In this document: piece by piece, positions 49,271 through 63,227 of the stretch
Layout: each line of letters starts with the position of its first letter
How positions within the stretch are numbered: position 1 is the stretch's first letter
The notes under the pieces: model-generated
The model's database searches: none
Seen by the model: the letters and a program-made list of their open reading frames with translations, nothing else
What the model was told of the DNA's origin: nothing
Assembly (NCBI GenBank): GCA_964016885.1
Contig: OZ024743.1
Location: 87,358,001-87,422,000 of the forward strand
Direction of reading: 5' to 3'
Length of the DNA stretch: 64,000 bases
Source of the DNA: Eledone cirrhosa
Lineage: Eukaryota
Made by a program: the position numbers and the translations under genes

Positions 49271-52232
49271 GTTTGTTATCTCTTTGTTTTAATTTCGAGT
49301 ATATTTTTTGACCGGCCACCTTCCTGGTGGCAAGGTTGTAAAAGAAAAGAAATTGTCATCCCTTGAATCGCAAGAATGTTTTGCAAATTTTGAAGGTGCC
49401 AGCTATCGCAGCCATTTGTAGACTATGAATTAGGGAGCTGCGCTCTTTGTCCACAAATACAAGTTCAGTCATACTTTGGTCCAAGCGGGTTGGTATATAA
49501 TCCGTAGCTCCAATACTGATGGGTATGAAGCTAAAGGTGTATCTTGGATACTGGATTTATAAACTCCTCATCAATGGTCCGTAGATGTCCTCCTTCTCCT
49601 GTATTTTTCTGACAACGTTTACAACAAGTGGGCAGCTGATCTCCACAACAGAACACGTTTTCAATGTGTGATCCCAAACAACAATATCAGGCCGGTGGTG
49701 CTTTAATTTGGTGGCAGTTTTTATTTTCAGGTTCCACCAGTATTCCTTAGTGCCATCTGTCTCAATATATTCTTCCTCGTTTGTTGTTAATTTTGTTTTC
49801 CGAAGTGCGTTCCAGATAGTTCTAGTTATCCCATCGTGTCTCATGGGGAGGTAGTAGCGAGATGACATTCTTTCGCAGCTGGCAACAATGTGGCTTACAT
49901 CCTCGATCTTTGTTTTACATAGCCTACATTCATTGTCAGCTGATGGCCCTCCTCTTTTGTGCAACAGATATTTGGTAGGGAGTTCTTGTTCCTGTATTTC
50001 ATAGAGATATCCCTCAAGGTGTGATGTCATAAACCTGTCGGAGCTCCATGCCAGGCTTTTTGAGTGGTTTATCCCCTCTATGGTCTGTGTTTTACGTCTC
50101 AAGTATCCATGCACAACTTTTTCTGTAAATTGGTCAATTTTTTCATCTTGTTTGAACATTGAATAGGATCTTCTGATTTCTCTAGGTGAGAGATTTATAT
50201 CAGGCTTTATTCCATATCTCTCCTCCAGATCAGTGGCTATTCTAATGATATTTTTTTTCATGCTCATAAACCTGGGCAAGAGGGTTGCCAACCTTTTTCC
50301 TCTGTTGAAGATGTTGCGTCAGTGTTGCTATCCGGGTCTCATATGATGTTAATATGAATTTTAGACTCCGGCCACCTTCCTTGCGTGAGAAGTATAGCCT
50401 ATCCACACCACCATTGATGTTAAAGTTCCCAGTAACACTGAGAAGTTTGTGAGTTCTAACATCCATCTCACTTAGTTCTTGCAATGACCAGTTCAGCAGG
50501 CCAAATGTTGGCGTTAGAATTGGCACACCATAAGTATTGTGGGCAATGTATTTGTTGTACGCTGACAGTTCTGATGACCATATTTTCTTTACTCTTCTGA
50601 GGTATTCAGTTCTGGTTCTCTCCTTATTTATGGGTCCATCATATCTGACATTCTCATCCTGTCCAAGATATCTGTAGTTGTCACCTGACTGTAGAGGTTG
50701 TATTGTCAGGCCGTTCATCTCTAGATTTCTAGAGGAGGGCACAGCTCTTCCACGTTTTAATGCCAAATATGCACACTTGGACTCACCAAATTTCATTTTG
50801 ATGTCTGTTGAAAATTGTTTAATGAGGTCCAATTGTTTCTTGATGTCATTGATATTTGGCCCATACAACTTCAGGTCATCAACAAAGAAAAGATGGAAGA
50901 TACTTCTGGACCCACTTCTTTGTCCACCTTGTTTCCTGAGTAGGTAAGATAGTGGATTTAGTGAGAGAACGAAGAGTAGCACTGACAAGCTGTCACCCTG
51001 AAAAATGTCCTTCTGGTAATGTATCTTATCAGTCTTAACTTGCTCCTTCTCACCTCTAAGGCTCAAATTGGTGTACCAGTTCTTGGTCAGACGTTCAACA
51101 GTAGCTACCAGTGGTTGTGGGACTTTGGCTAACTGTTAAGCCTTAACAATCCACCCATGAGGTACACTATCAAATGCTTTTTGAAAGTCCAGCCACACCA
51201 CAGTCATGTTTCTGCGATTCTTTGTTGTCTTTTCTTGAATCATTTTATTAGTTAGTAGGTGATCTATGCAACCCCACACCTCCCTCTTTCCACCAGCTTG
51301 CTCAGGTGTTATGATGTTGGTAGCACAGTGAACCTGTAAGAACAGGTTAAGGCACCCAGTATATAGTTTATACATGATGTTTTGGCAGGCTATTGGGCGG
51401 TAATTTTTAGCAAGGGTGGTTTGGCTATTTTGGGGAATGAGGAGAGTAGTGGCAGTTGATAACCATCTGGGCAGTTCTTGTGTGCCTTTAATGGTTTCTG
51501 TAAACAGCCGTATGAGATCTTACCGATAGAAAGTGAAATTCTTCAACCAGTATCCTGTAATGAGATCTGAGCCTGGTGATTTCCTATTCGACATTTTCTG
51601 TAGGGTGTTTCCAGTATTGACCCATCTATGTCATATTGTTTTGTCTGGACATGTTGGCAGTAGTCCTGTTCCAGTTCTTTTAGCCAATTAGTTTTTCTGT
51701 TGAATCCGTCATCCGTTTCCCATATAGATCTCCAGTAGCTCTCAACCTGTTCTTTTGAAGGGGTGTCATTTACAGGGATTGAGCTTTTGCCACCGAAGCT
51801 ACGATAAACTGATTTAGGATCTCTGGCAAACAATCTATTTAGCACTTGTCGTTTATGTGCTGTTGACTTATATTTTAGTCTTTCTGTTGTAGCTGTGAGT
51901 TGTTGTTTCAACTGGTGTAATTTGGAGTTTAAAGTTTTAAATTTTGTATCTCCAAATCATCTCTCTAACTTTTTTTTAGGTCTTCCTGGTGTCGTGTGAA
52001 GTTGCTCTCTATGTTGCATTTCATAACGACTGCGATGTGTGAGGTACTTCGTCTCAGGGACAATATTTTGCTTTTTAAATTTCGCATCCACGCTGGTTCA
52101 GGCTTTTTGTTTGTATCTTGATTGCGTAGTTTTAGATGTGTGTTATATGATAGCAATGTGACAGCTGAAACATATAACAAAATGTTAAGCGTTTCAAATG
52201 TCGTTTCTACACCTTAGATCGAATAGCCTTCA
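49271..52232 (-). mobile_element. Second R4/Dong-clade element, 5'-truncated, inside (GTAT)n
   Basis: NYRPIAC, WLDFQKAFDSVPH, IFQGDSLS, HLFFVDDLKLY, CRLC..H...C, RHD, RPDIVV, VEISCP; 3' end present; (GTAT)n at both junctions. Confidence 0.94.
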
Positions 52233-52378
52233 GTATGTATGTATGTATGTATGTATGTATGTATGTATGTATGTATGTATGTATGTATGTATGTATGTAT
52301 GTATGTATGTATGTATGTATGTATGTATATGTATATACATATACATATATATATATATATGTATATGTATATGTATAT

Positions 52379-52440
<62 letters not shown>

Positions 52441-52531
52441 GTATATATATATATGTATGTGTATATGTGTATATGTATATATATATATATGTATATGTAT
52501 ATATATATATGTATATATATATATATGTATG

Positions 52532-52580
<49 letters not shown>

Positions 52581-52596
52581 GTATATATATATGTAT

Positions 52597-52646
<50 letters not shown>

Positions 52647-52677
52647 GTATATATATATGTATATGTATATATATATG

Positions 52678-52708
<31 letters not shown>

Positions 52709-52745
52709 GTATATATATATGTATATATATATGTATATATATATG

Positions 52746-52776
<31 letters not shown>

Positions 52777-52958
52777 GTATATATATATATATGTATATAT
52801 ATATATGTATATATATATATATGTATATGTATATATATGTGTATATATATATGTGTATATATATGTGTATATATATGTGTATATATATATGTGTATATAT
52901 ATATATGTGTATATATATATATGTATATATATATGTGTATATATATATATGTATATAA
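52233..52958. repeat. Compound (GTAT)n/(TA)n/(TATG) microsatellite
   Basis: Direct reading. Confidence 0.97.
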
Positions 52959-52960
52959 GA

Positions 52961-53369
52961 GAGAGATGACCCCTTAGCCTTTGTCAAGGCAGAATTCTAG
53001 GAGAAGGAAAACTCTGATATAACACCTGCAACCCTGATGGTATCCAATGATGTTGACTTGTTCTTCTTTTTGGTAAATATCATCTTGGTTAAGAGAGTGG
53101 GACTGGCTTTGTGCAGTGCCTTTGCTCACTATAAAAGCTTCACGGCACAGGCATTGCTTTATATCTGGAGATCTCTCTGCACTTGTCATCACATGGTACC
53201 ATGGGTCCAGCACTCTGTGTCAATAATTGTCACAAGTGTAGTGTTTGTACCAGAGTTTTCAAGTCGCTGGCTGGACTAAAAAGTCACACTTGTTTAACGC
53301 ATCGGTAGGGGTTCTCCTAGATGGATATACAGTAGTGGCCGTACTCGAAAACGGGTTGGCAGCCACCAT
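52961..53369 (+). mobile_element. Bipartite RTE-derived SINE, copy B (5'-truncated)
   Basis: Same fusion as copy A; starts at GAGAGATGACC; (GTAT)n tail. Confidence 0.93.
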
Positions 53370-53449
53370 GTATGTATGTATGTATGTATGTATGTATGTA
53401 TGTATGTATGTATGTATGTATGTATGTATGTATGTATGTATGTATGTAT

Positions 53450-53680
53450 ATTTTTAAGAGAACTGCTGGGAATCCATCAGGTCCAGCAGCCGAGTCTGTT
53501 CTAATTTCATCAATGGCGTACACCACATCCTCCTCCGTTATGTCTATGTTGTTGATGGTTGCCATTTCTTGATGTAGTGTTGTGGCATCAAAGAACTCCT
53601 CTGGCTTCGTTATTTGCATGTGCCTCAGTGGACATGTGAACACACTTTTGTACTGTTCGTTCAGTATTTCGCATATCTCT
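53450..53680 (-). mobile_element. CR1-like RT fragment
   Basis: [31 protein letters not shown]. Confidence 0.8.
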
Positions 53681-53758
53681 TGTATATATATATATATATG
53701 TATATATGTATATGTATGTATATGTATGTATATATATATGTATGTGTATGTATGTGTA

Positions 53759-53789
<31 letters not shown>

Positions 53790-54194
53790 ATGTGTATATA
53801 TGTGTGTGTATATATATATGTGTATATATGTATGTGTGTGTATGTATATGTATGCATATATGTGTATGTATGTATGTGTGTATATATATGTATATATGTG
53901 TATGTATGTATATATGTATATGTATATGTGTATATATATATATGTGTGTGTATGTGTGTATGTATATATATATATGTATATGTGTGTGTATATGTATATA
54001 TATATATGTATATGTATATATGTGTGTATATGTGTATATGTATGTGTATATGTATGTGTATATATATGTGTCTGTGTATGTATGTGTATATATATGTGTA
54101 TATATATATATGTATATATATATATGTATGTGTATATATATGTATGTATATGTATATATGTGTATGTATATGTATATATATGTGTATATATATG

Positions 54195-54236
<42 letters not shown>

Positions 54237-54516
54237 CATGTGTGTGTATGTATATATATATGTGTGTATGTATATATATATATATATGTATGTATGTGTA
54301 TATGTGTGTGTATATATATATATATGTATATGTGTATGTATATATGTGTGTATATATATGTATGTATATGTATATATGTATGTGTGTATATATATGTATA
54401 TGTATATATATATGTATATGTATATGTGTATGTATATATGTATGCGTATGTATATGTATGTGTGTATATATATATATATATATGTATGTGTATATATATA
54501 TGTATGTATATATATG

Positions 54517-54549
<33 letters not shown>

Positions 54550-54734
54550 GTGTATATGTATATGTGTGTATATATGTATGTATATATATATATATGTATG
54601 TATATATATATGTGTGTGTGTATATATGTATGTATATATATATATGTATGTATATATATATATATGTATGTATATATATATGCGTATGTATATATATATG
54701 TATGTATGTGTATATGTATATATATATGTGTGTG

Positions 54735-54777
<43 letters not shown>

Positions 54778-54844
54778 ATGTATATATGTGTGTATATATA
54801 TGTATGTATATATATATATATATGTATGTATATATATGTGTATA

Positions 54845-54889
<45 letters not shown>

Positions 54890-54970
54890 GTGTATGTATA
54901 TATATATATGTGTGTATATATATATGTGTGTATATATGTGTATGTATATATATGTGTATATATATATATG

Positions 54971-55001
<31 letters not shown>

Positions 55002-55061
55002 GTATATATATGTATATATATGTATATATATATGTATATATATATGTATATATATATTTAT
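53681..55061. repeat. ~1.4-kb compound TA/TG microsatellite
   Basis: Direct reading; nearly strict purine-pyrimidine alternation. Confidence 0.97.
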
Positions 55062-55671
55062 GTCAGGTCACCAGTTGGTGCTACTGGTAACATGTATCCC
55101 AGTACAACCTGTCTCATGGTCGGGACGTTGGCGACTAAACTGGCAACCCCACCAAGGTTTCTTGGTGAGGAGGGTGACTTTGGACATCCTGCAGGACTAA
55201 AAACAAAACCTGTCAAAGGGCAAAGGAGCTCTTAAGAGTCAATGGCCATCCAAAATCACCGGGAGAGATGACCCCTTAGCTTTTGTCAAGGCAGAATTCT
55301 AGGAGAAGGAAAACTCTGATATAACACCTGCAACTCTGATGGTATCCAATGATGTTGACTTGTTCTTCTTTTTGGTAAATATCATCTTGGTTAAGAGAGT
55401 GGGACTGGCTTTGTGCAGTGCCTTTGCTCACTATAAAAGCTTCACGGCACAGGCATTGCTTTATATCTGGAGATCTCTCTGCACTTGTCGTCACATGGTA
55501 CCATGAGCCCAGCACTATGTGTCAGTAATTGTCACAAGTGTAGTGTTTGTACCAGAGTTTTCAAGTCGCTGGCTGAACTAAAAAGCCACGCTCGTTCAGC
55601 GCATCGGTAGGGGTTCTCCTACACGGATATAAGGTAGTGGCCGTACTCGAAAACGAGTTGGCAGCCACCAT
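55062..55671 (+). mobile_element. Bipartite RTE-derived SINE, copy C (full length, ~610 bp)
   Basis: Starts GTCAGGTCACCAG like the LINE at 36372; ends GGCAGCCACCAT. Confidence 0.95.
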
Positions 55672-56045
55672 ATATGTATGTATATATATATATGTATATA
55701 TGTGTGTGTGTATATATGTATATGTATGTGTGTATGTATGTGTGTGTATATATGCATGTATATATATATGTGTATATGTATGTGTATATATATATGTGTG
55801 TGTGTATATATATGTGTGTATATGTATATATGTGTATATATGTTTATATATATGTGTGTATATATATATGTGTATATATGTGTATATATATGTGTATATA
55901 TATATGTATATATATATATATGTATGTATGTGTGTGTATATATATATATATATGTATGTGTGTATGTGTATATATATATGTATATATATATATATATGTA
56001 TATATGTATATATATGTATATATATGTATATATATATATATGTAT

Positions 56046-56655
56046 GTCAGGTCACCAGTTGGTGCTACTGGTAACATGTATTCCAGTTCAACCTGTCCCA
56101 TGGTCGGGTCGTTGGCGTCTAAACTAGCAACCCCACCAAGGTTTCTCGGTGAGGAGGGTGACTTTGGACATCCTGCAGGACTAAACACAAAACCTGTCAA
56201 AGGGCAAAGGAGCTCTTAAGAGTCAATGGCCATCCAAAATCACCGGGAGAAATGACCCCTTAGCCTTTGTCAAGGCAGAATTCTAGGAGAAGGAAAACTC
56301 TAATATAACACCTGCAACTCTGATGGTATCCAATGATGTTGACTTGTTCTTCTTTTTGGTAAATATCATCTTGGTTAAGAGAGTGGGACTGGCTTTGTGC
56401 AGTGCCTTTGCTCACTATAAAAGCTTCACGGCACAGGCATTGCTTTATATCTGGAGATCTCTCTGCACTTGTCGTCACATGGTACCATGGGCCCAGCACT
56501 ACGTGTCAATAATTGTCACAAGTGTAGTGTTTGTACCAGAGTTTTCAAGTCGCTGGCTGGACTAAAAAGTCACACTCGATCAGCGCATCGGTAGGGGTTC
56601 TCCTACATGGATATAAATTAGTGGCCGTACTCGAAAACGAGTTGGTAGCCACCAT
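56046..56655 (+). mobile_element. Bipartite RTE-derived SINE, copy D (full length)
   Basis: As copy C; (GTAT)n tail. Confidence 0.95.
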
Positions 56656-56714
56656 GTATGTATGTATGTATGTATGTATGTATGTATGTATGTATGTATG
56701 TATGTATGTATGTA

Positions 56715-56764
<50 letters not shown>

Positions 56765-56807
56765 TATGTATGTATGTATGTATGTATGTATGTATGTATG
56801 TATGTAT

Positions 56808-57220
56808 CCGGGAGAGATAACCTCTTAGCCTTTGTCAAGGCAGAATTCTAGGAGAAGGAAAACTCTGATATAACACCTGCAACCCTGATGGTATCCAATG
56901 ATGTTGACTTGTTCTTCTTTTTGTTAAATCTCATCTTGGTTAAGAGAGTGGGACTGGCTTTGTGCAGTGCCTTTGCTCACTATAAAAGCTTCACGGCACA
57001 GGCATTGCTTTATATCTGGAGATCTCTCTGCACTTGTCGCCACATGGTACCATGGGCCCAGCACTATGTGTCAATAATTGTCGCAAGTGTAGTGTTTGTA
57101 CCAGAGTTTTCAAGTCGCTGGCTGGACTAAAAAGTCACACTCTTTCAGCGCATCGGTAGGGGTTCTCCTACATGGATATAAAGTAATGGCCGTACTCGAA
57201 AACGAGTTGGCAGCCACCGT
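56808..57220 (+). mobile_element. Bipartite RTE-derived SINE, copy E (5'-truncated)
   Basis: Starts CCGGGAGAGAT within the tail of copy D. Confidence 0.93.
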
Positions 57221-58291
57221 GTATGTATGTATTTCGTACGTATGTATTTTCCAGAGATGCGATCGCCATAACATCTGCATTAAAATATTAACATAGCTGC
57301 AACTGTTATTGTATAGACAGGAATCCATTAGGGAGCAGATTGTTTATAGAATGCTAGTGTTTAGGGACTAGCATAGTAACTTGGGAATGGTTACCAATAT
57401 ATGAAACTGTCATATATACATTGTGCATAAATTCTTCAATAAACTGTTTAATGCGAAGATGATTTTTATGCATACGCACACACACACATATTTACATACA
57501 TACATACATACATGATTGCATACAAACATACCTGCATACGAACACGTATACACATATATATGAAATACAGTAATAGTATTTCATTATCTTATTATAATTT
57601 TCATCCTTTAATATACTATCTTTCCTAGTCATGACCTTAATTTATATTCATTTATATTCACCTAAAAACTCCATACAACACAACTCAACATTTAATTTTT
57701 ACATTCCTTTTAAACTTCGATATACCATATATATTCAACTATCAATTTGACAATCCCTTTCTTCCTAATAGATGTTTTATAGCAATTCTATTATTAATAC
57801 CATTCAACCATTCCTTTCAAAGGGTCATGACCTGAACTAAAGTGAATTATTTTCATCTTAACATCATATGGAAAAAAACAATCTGATTGGTTAGTTCTTC
57901 AGCTACCTCCAAATAAGGTCATAGAACTAAACTTACTACTAATTTAATAGTAATTTTAAATAAAATTATTATTGCTTTTGAAAACAGCTGGTGATATGCA
58001 TGTAAGTAAATATTCTCTTTATCTGATATTTTGTAACTAACCTTACATAGATCGATAACGAAGTATAGCTACAATGTATTATCATCACCCAGAAACGATC
58101 GTAAAGCAGTGAAGTATATTTCTAATCACTTGATTTTTTTATTTCATTGTTTTAACTTATATCATGACTCTGTTTTCCTTTTAATGTTTTATTGTTTTCC
58201 GGGATTTATCTTAACCTACAACATTTTCAACATATGGATTACATTGAGTTCTTCATACAGAATACACCCCACAACTTACCGTGGATATCTC

Positions 58292-58417
<126 letters not shown>

Positions 58418-58880
58418 TATTAGAAAAGGGAAGTAAAGTTCTATGCAAAACAGTGGATATAGAGAAAAGGTGAAGTTGTAAATAGCACGAAAAATATATT
58501 TTAGGCTCTGATTTTCTTTTTATTATTATTTTTCCTTTCGTCAAAGTGACATTATTGTAAAGATGACATTATTGAAAAAATGAGAGGGACAATTCTTTTA
58601 AAAAAGATTTTTATAATGTATATAAAGTATATAAAGTGTTACCGGTTTCGATGTATTATTAAAATTCATCTTATCAAATGTTGGATTTAACAATTTAAAA
58701 TAATTAATAAGAATTAACTAAAAATTAAAGATTTAAAATTAAGTGTTGGAGTAAGTTTTTTCCATCTTCCTTGCTCAGAAGGGGACTGGAGAATGAGTTC
58801 CTGTGTATATATATATAGAGGTGTGTATGGGAAAAAAACTTACTCCAACACTTAATTTTAATCTCAACAAATATATATAT

Positions 58881-59400
58881 ACTAGCAGTGTATCCCGGCG
58901 TTGCACGGGTAAGAACATTGGTTTATTTGTGAGTGCCTGTTAAAAACTCACGAAAATGTACCGACAGGAAACTTGTTTTATTTAGAGAAAATTAAGAAGT
59001 TGAAAGTGCAGTTTAGCTGTGTACCTGCATTGTTCATAGAAATATTGTTGAGCCCCTTCTTTTCATACTCCTCTGTTTTGACCTATTAGAGTAAATGTGA
59101 AAGAGAAAGTCACAAGTTAAGTTGGCAGAAGGTTCCAGTACAATAGCAATATGAATCAGAGCAAACAGCACGGACACTCTATCTCAAAATTATTTTTGAA
59201 AAGCATTTAGAAATGCGCAACCGGTAAAAACTTAAAAACTTAAAACCGCAACTGAATACTAACCCATACAATCACTAATACTCTTTTATTCCTAATTAAA
59301 CCATTTTTCAACTGTGAACAATTTGTCAGCATTTTCTATTCCGTTTACCAATATATAATAACTTGTGTGTTACACCTCTATTCTTTTAACTATATATATA
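58881..59400 (-). mobile_element. Non-autonomous Helitron (minus strand)
   Basis: ACTAGCAGTGTATCCCGGCGTTGCACGGG is the reverse complement of the hairpin+CTAG end at 61228-61255; 5' limit uncertain. Confidence 0.65.
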
Positions 59401-59401
59401 T

Positions 59402-60241
59402 ATTTAAATTATTGACGTATTGTTTTATTGATATTTTTTATCTGTTTGTCCCGAATCTTCCTTTATCGATTTTTTATCGTATGGTTGATTGTAGACTTGT
59501 TCTATATGTGACGGTATTTTAACGATAGTTATAGCTCTGATTCATCTGAATTATTGAGCCCTCTGCCGCTCATTTCGAATCTTGTTTATCGTGAACTCGT
59601 GCGCCGATTTTTCGATACTCGATCTTTCTAATATATTTAGCTCTGGACATAGCTATCCACCAGTTAATTTTATTGCTCATTTTTTGTCGATTCTATTGAG
59701 TGATGAATAGCTTTTGTTTTATTTTAACATGTCTATTGAGCACTCTAATTCGATATGTGTATTTCCACATTCCCTCGAATTGTTTTCGCGGATATAGGGG
59801 TTATCTCCCTTGTCTAATGCCATGTGCGTTTTTCACTGGTAGTTAGCCCCTCTACCGCCAGGAAAAAAGCTCGTTGAGAAAGTAAAACTCCGTTCCGCTT
59901 GCTCTAGTAGGCTTTTATATTTATATGTCAGCTGATAGAGTACAGTCTAAGGATTTACAGAAACCCATGAAGCTAGATTTAACACCTGCCTAGTGGGTCC
60001 GGGTATGATTTTACATTCATTTAAATTATTGACGTATTGTTTTATTGATATTTTTTATCTGTTTGTCCCGAATCTTCCTTTATCGATTTTTTATCGTATG
60101 GTTGATTGTAGACTTGTTCTATATGTGACGGTATTTTAACGATAGTTATAGCTCTGATTCATCTGAATTATTGAGCCCTCTGCCGCTCATTTCGAATCTT
60201 GTTTATCGTGAACTCGTGCGCCGATTTTTCGATACTCGATC

Positions 60242-60253
<12 letters not shown>
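59402..60253 (+). mobile_element. Retrozyme-like or Penelope-pLTR-like element: 617-bp unit, ~1.4 tandem copies, one hammerhead
   Basis: ~233-bp direct repeats 59402-59636 and 60019-60253, identical by eye; hammerhead 59924-60007; no ORF; (TA)n on both sides. Confidence 0.75.
59924..60007 (+). ncRNA. Type I hammerhead with extended stem III and 8-nt core variant
   Basis: CTGATAGA 59932-59939, stem II GTA.AGTCT/GGATTTAC, GAAA 59960-59963, stem III CCCA..CTAG/CTAG.TGGG, GTC at 59997-59999, imperfect stem I TATGTCAG/CGGGTATG. Confidence 0.65.
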
Positions 60254-60309
<56 letters not shown>

Positions 60310-60325
<16 letters not shown>

Positions 60326-60603
60326 GATGTCTTTCTGTGTGTGAGTTTGAATCTCTAAAACTCGAGAACCACCCAACCGACTGTTTTCAAACTTTACACA
60401 TGTAATACTTATCTTTCAGGGAGTGTTCTGAGCAAAAGAAATTTCAAATTTTTAATGCCCTAGGGACCACATTAGGCGATTTAGCGATCTCTCTCTATAA
60501 TTCTTAGTCTTTCTCTTTTTAGATAGATACATACATATAACGTCGCGCCCTTATAATATCTGTCTGTATGGCTGACTGTCTGCACTACGTCACTTCCCTG
60601 AGG

Positions 60604-60646
<43 letters not shown>

Positions 60647-61255
60647 TCTGTGAGTTTAAATCCCTAAAACTCGAGAAGTACCCAACCGACTTTTTAAAAA
60701 CTTTACATGTGTATTAGTTATATTTCAGGGAGTGTTATGCACATAAAAATATTTAACTTTTTTATCCCCTAGTTTTTAATCCGCATTAGTTGAAAAACTG
60801 CGTTTTTTCAGGTTTTTAGGGTTTTTTTGAGTCGTTACGTCAGACTGATTTCCTTGAAATTGTAACTATGTGTTAATCAGTCTCTTCTTCATACCGCGAG
60901 CAAAGAAAATCCAACTTTTTTATGGCCTAGGGCCCGCATTAGGTGAAAAACCTCAATTTTTCAGCTTTTTAGGGCTTTTTTGAGGCGTTACGTCTAGCCG
61001 ATTTTCCCGAAATTTTAAGGCATATTATGCACATAAAGAAAATTCATTTTCTTGATCCCCTAGGGACCGCATTAGGTTAAAACTTGTAATTTTCCTGCTT
61101 CATCGAGGAACATCTTAAAGATTATCCAGCCATCAGAGTATTCGGTTTATTTTCTTAACATATTGTCCAGGCATGCAGTTTTTCCACGATTAGGTCTGTT
61201 GGCGGCCCGCGTTCCAAAATACCTTATCCCGTGCAACGCCGGGTACAACTGCTAG
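60310..61255 (+). mobile_element. Non-autonomous Helitron, same family as 43843-44351
   Basis: AAACTGAGGATGTCT start, shared internal modules, 3' CCCGTGCAACGCCGGG..CTAG. Confidence 0.88.
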
Positions 61256-61288
<33 letters not shown>

Positions 61289-61305
61289 ATACATGTGTAT
61301 AGACT

Positions 61306-61337
<32 letters not shown>

Positions 61338-62642
61338 CATTTACGGTAAACATGTTGACTATATATACTAGCCGAATTACCCGCGCCTTGATGCGTTTCA
61401 CACATGTTTTGTAAGAAAATGATGATTGATTTTAAATCATTGATATAATTTATGGAGAAAACTCTGCATTTCAATATTACTCAATGTAAAATGTAATGCA
61501 TGAAAAATTGGAAAACATTATTTTTTGTAATATATCAAATCAAAATTATTTTATTAAATCTTATTCTTATTTTGTTTCTTGTAAATATATTTTTCAGAAT
61601 ATCAATTCAAAACTTTATCATTTCATTTTTGTCTAAAGCATTATTTTCAAATTAGAAATTCAAAGTTCCAATACTCAGGTTATGGGCTTCCAAAATGTTC
61701 ACTCTAAGGGATTTAACCCCCATTAGGGTGTCTTACTATTATTGAAATTTGCTGAAATTTTGTGAATAGGCATCATATCTTGTCATTTACCTATGGTTTA
61801 AATTTCATATACATCGAAGGGAAACAAAAATAATAAAATTTTATTCATCATGTTCTCTATTTACCAAGTATATTCTACTATTTTATTACTTTTATTGTCT
61901 CTATTATTGTTGTTATTATTGTCTTATTTATACACTATTTGTTATTGATGTTGTGAAAACTAAACCCCCATGATTCGAACTAACAATCCCAACTTTTAGA
62001 ATAGGCCACTTAAATACCGAAGCTACAACTTCACTTAACACCACATAAAAACTATATATCAATTTGCACCCTCACTAAATTAATACAACGAAAATGTTTA
62101 TCAGTCAAGCAATAAATAAATCTCCGGTTTATTGCCAATGTGTCAGACCTACACCACACGCATTTACCTCCTAAATACTGACTCCAAGTACATTTTATTA
62201 GTTATCTTTTCACTACCTTAACACTACATCTAATGTACCCTATAGCAGTTTTCACATGTCAATTTCATACATCTGTATCATATCAGTTCGTTTAATATGC
62301 TAGATTCATAATTATACTCTATTTCTTACTTATATTGATGTTATTATTTTAACTATTCAGTATCTAGTTATTTTATTATTGATATTATTGTTCTGGTTTA
62401 ATACCACTCCTCGATAAAAGCCATGCCTTGTGTATCTTCATCACTTTCGCACGCTCTGATGAAAACGACTGGTTATAAACAAAGTATTGGAGACCGATTG
62501 ACGCAACACCAAGCGAGTAGCGAATTCTAGACCTACCAGATCAAAGAAACAATTGTCAGCAATGTGAATAAAGCCCTTATTGTATAACAAACCATGTCAC
62601 TCTTATTTCTTGAAGTATATATATATATATATAGAGAGAGAG

Positions 62643-62747
<105 letters not shown>

Positions 62748-62775
62748 TAGATAGATAGATAGATAGATACATACA

Positions 62776-62848
<73 letters not shown>

Positions 62849-63194
62849 TTACGGTAAACATGTTGACTATATATATATATATATATATATGTATATAGAC
62901 ACAGACACATATATAAACAGCTTCATGGTTAAGGAAATCATGTTTTATTTCTTGTTTAACTCGATAACCCTGTTTGTCCTTCTCTGTGTTCATATATGTA
63001 ATAAATATCATTATAATAAAACAGATCACCAACGCCAGATTTTTACCACATCTCTGCCATTTTACTGAATATATTAACAACAATATCTGAATACATTACA
63101 GCTTCCTGTCTACTCGCTATCTAACAGGCATCAGTCAACTTACCGTATGATGACACAAAATATAGATGGAATAATATTATTTTACATTCAAACA

Positions 63195-63227
<33 letters not shown>

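Noticed and set aside
52198-56219. Long Y/I/M/C/V-rich ORFs of 145-528 aa
   Set aside because: Translations of TA/TG microsatellites, which lack stop codons; the same holds for the other YIYI ORFs in the track.
48803-57130. Recurring 79-80 aa ORFs (MVSNDVDLFFF..., MLDPWYHV...) as a small-protein family
   Set aside because: They recur only because the SINE is repeated; they span the UTR/3'-end fusion and the + strand ORF is broken in copy C.
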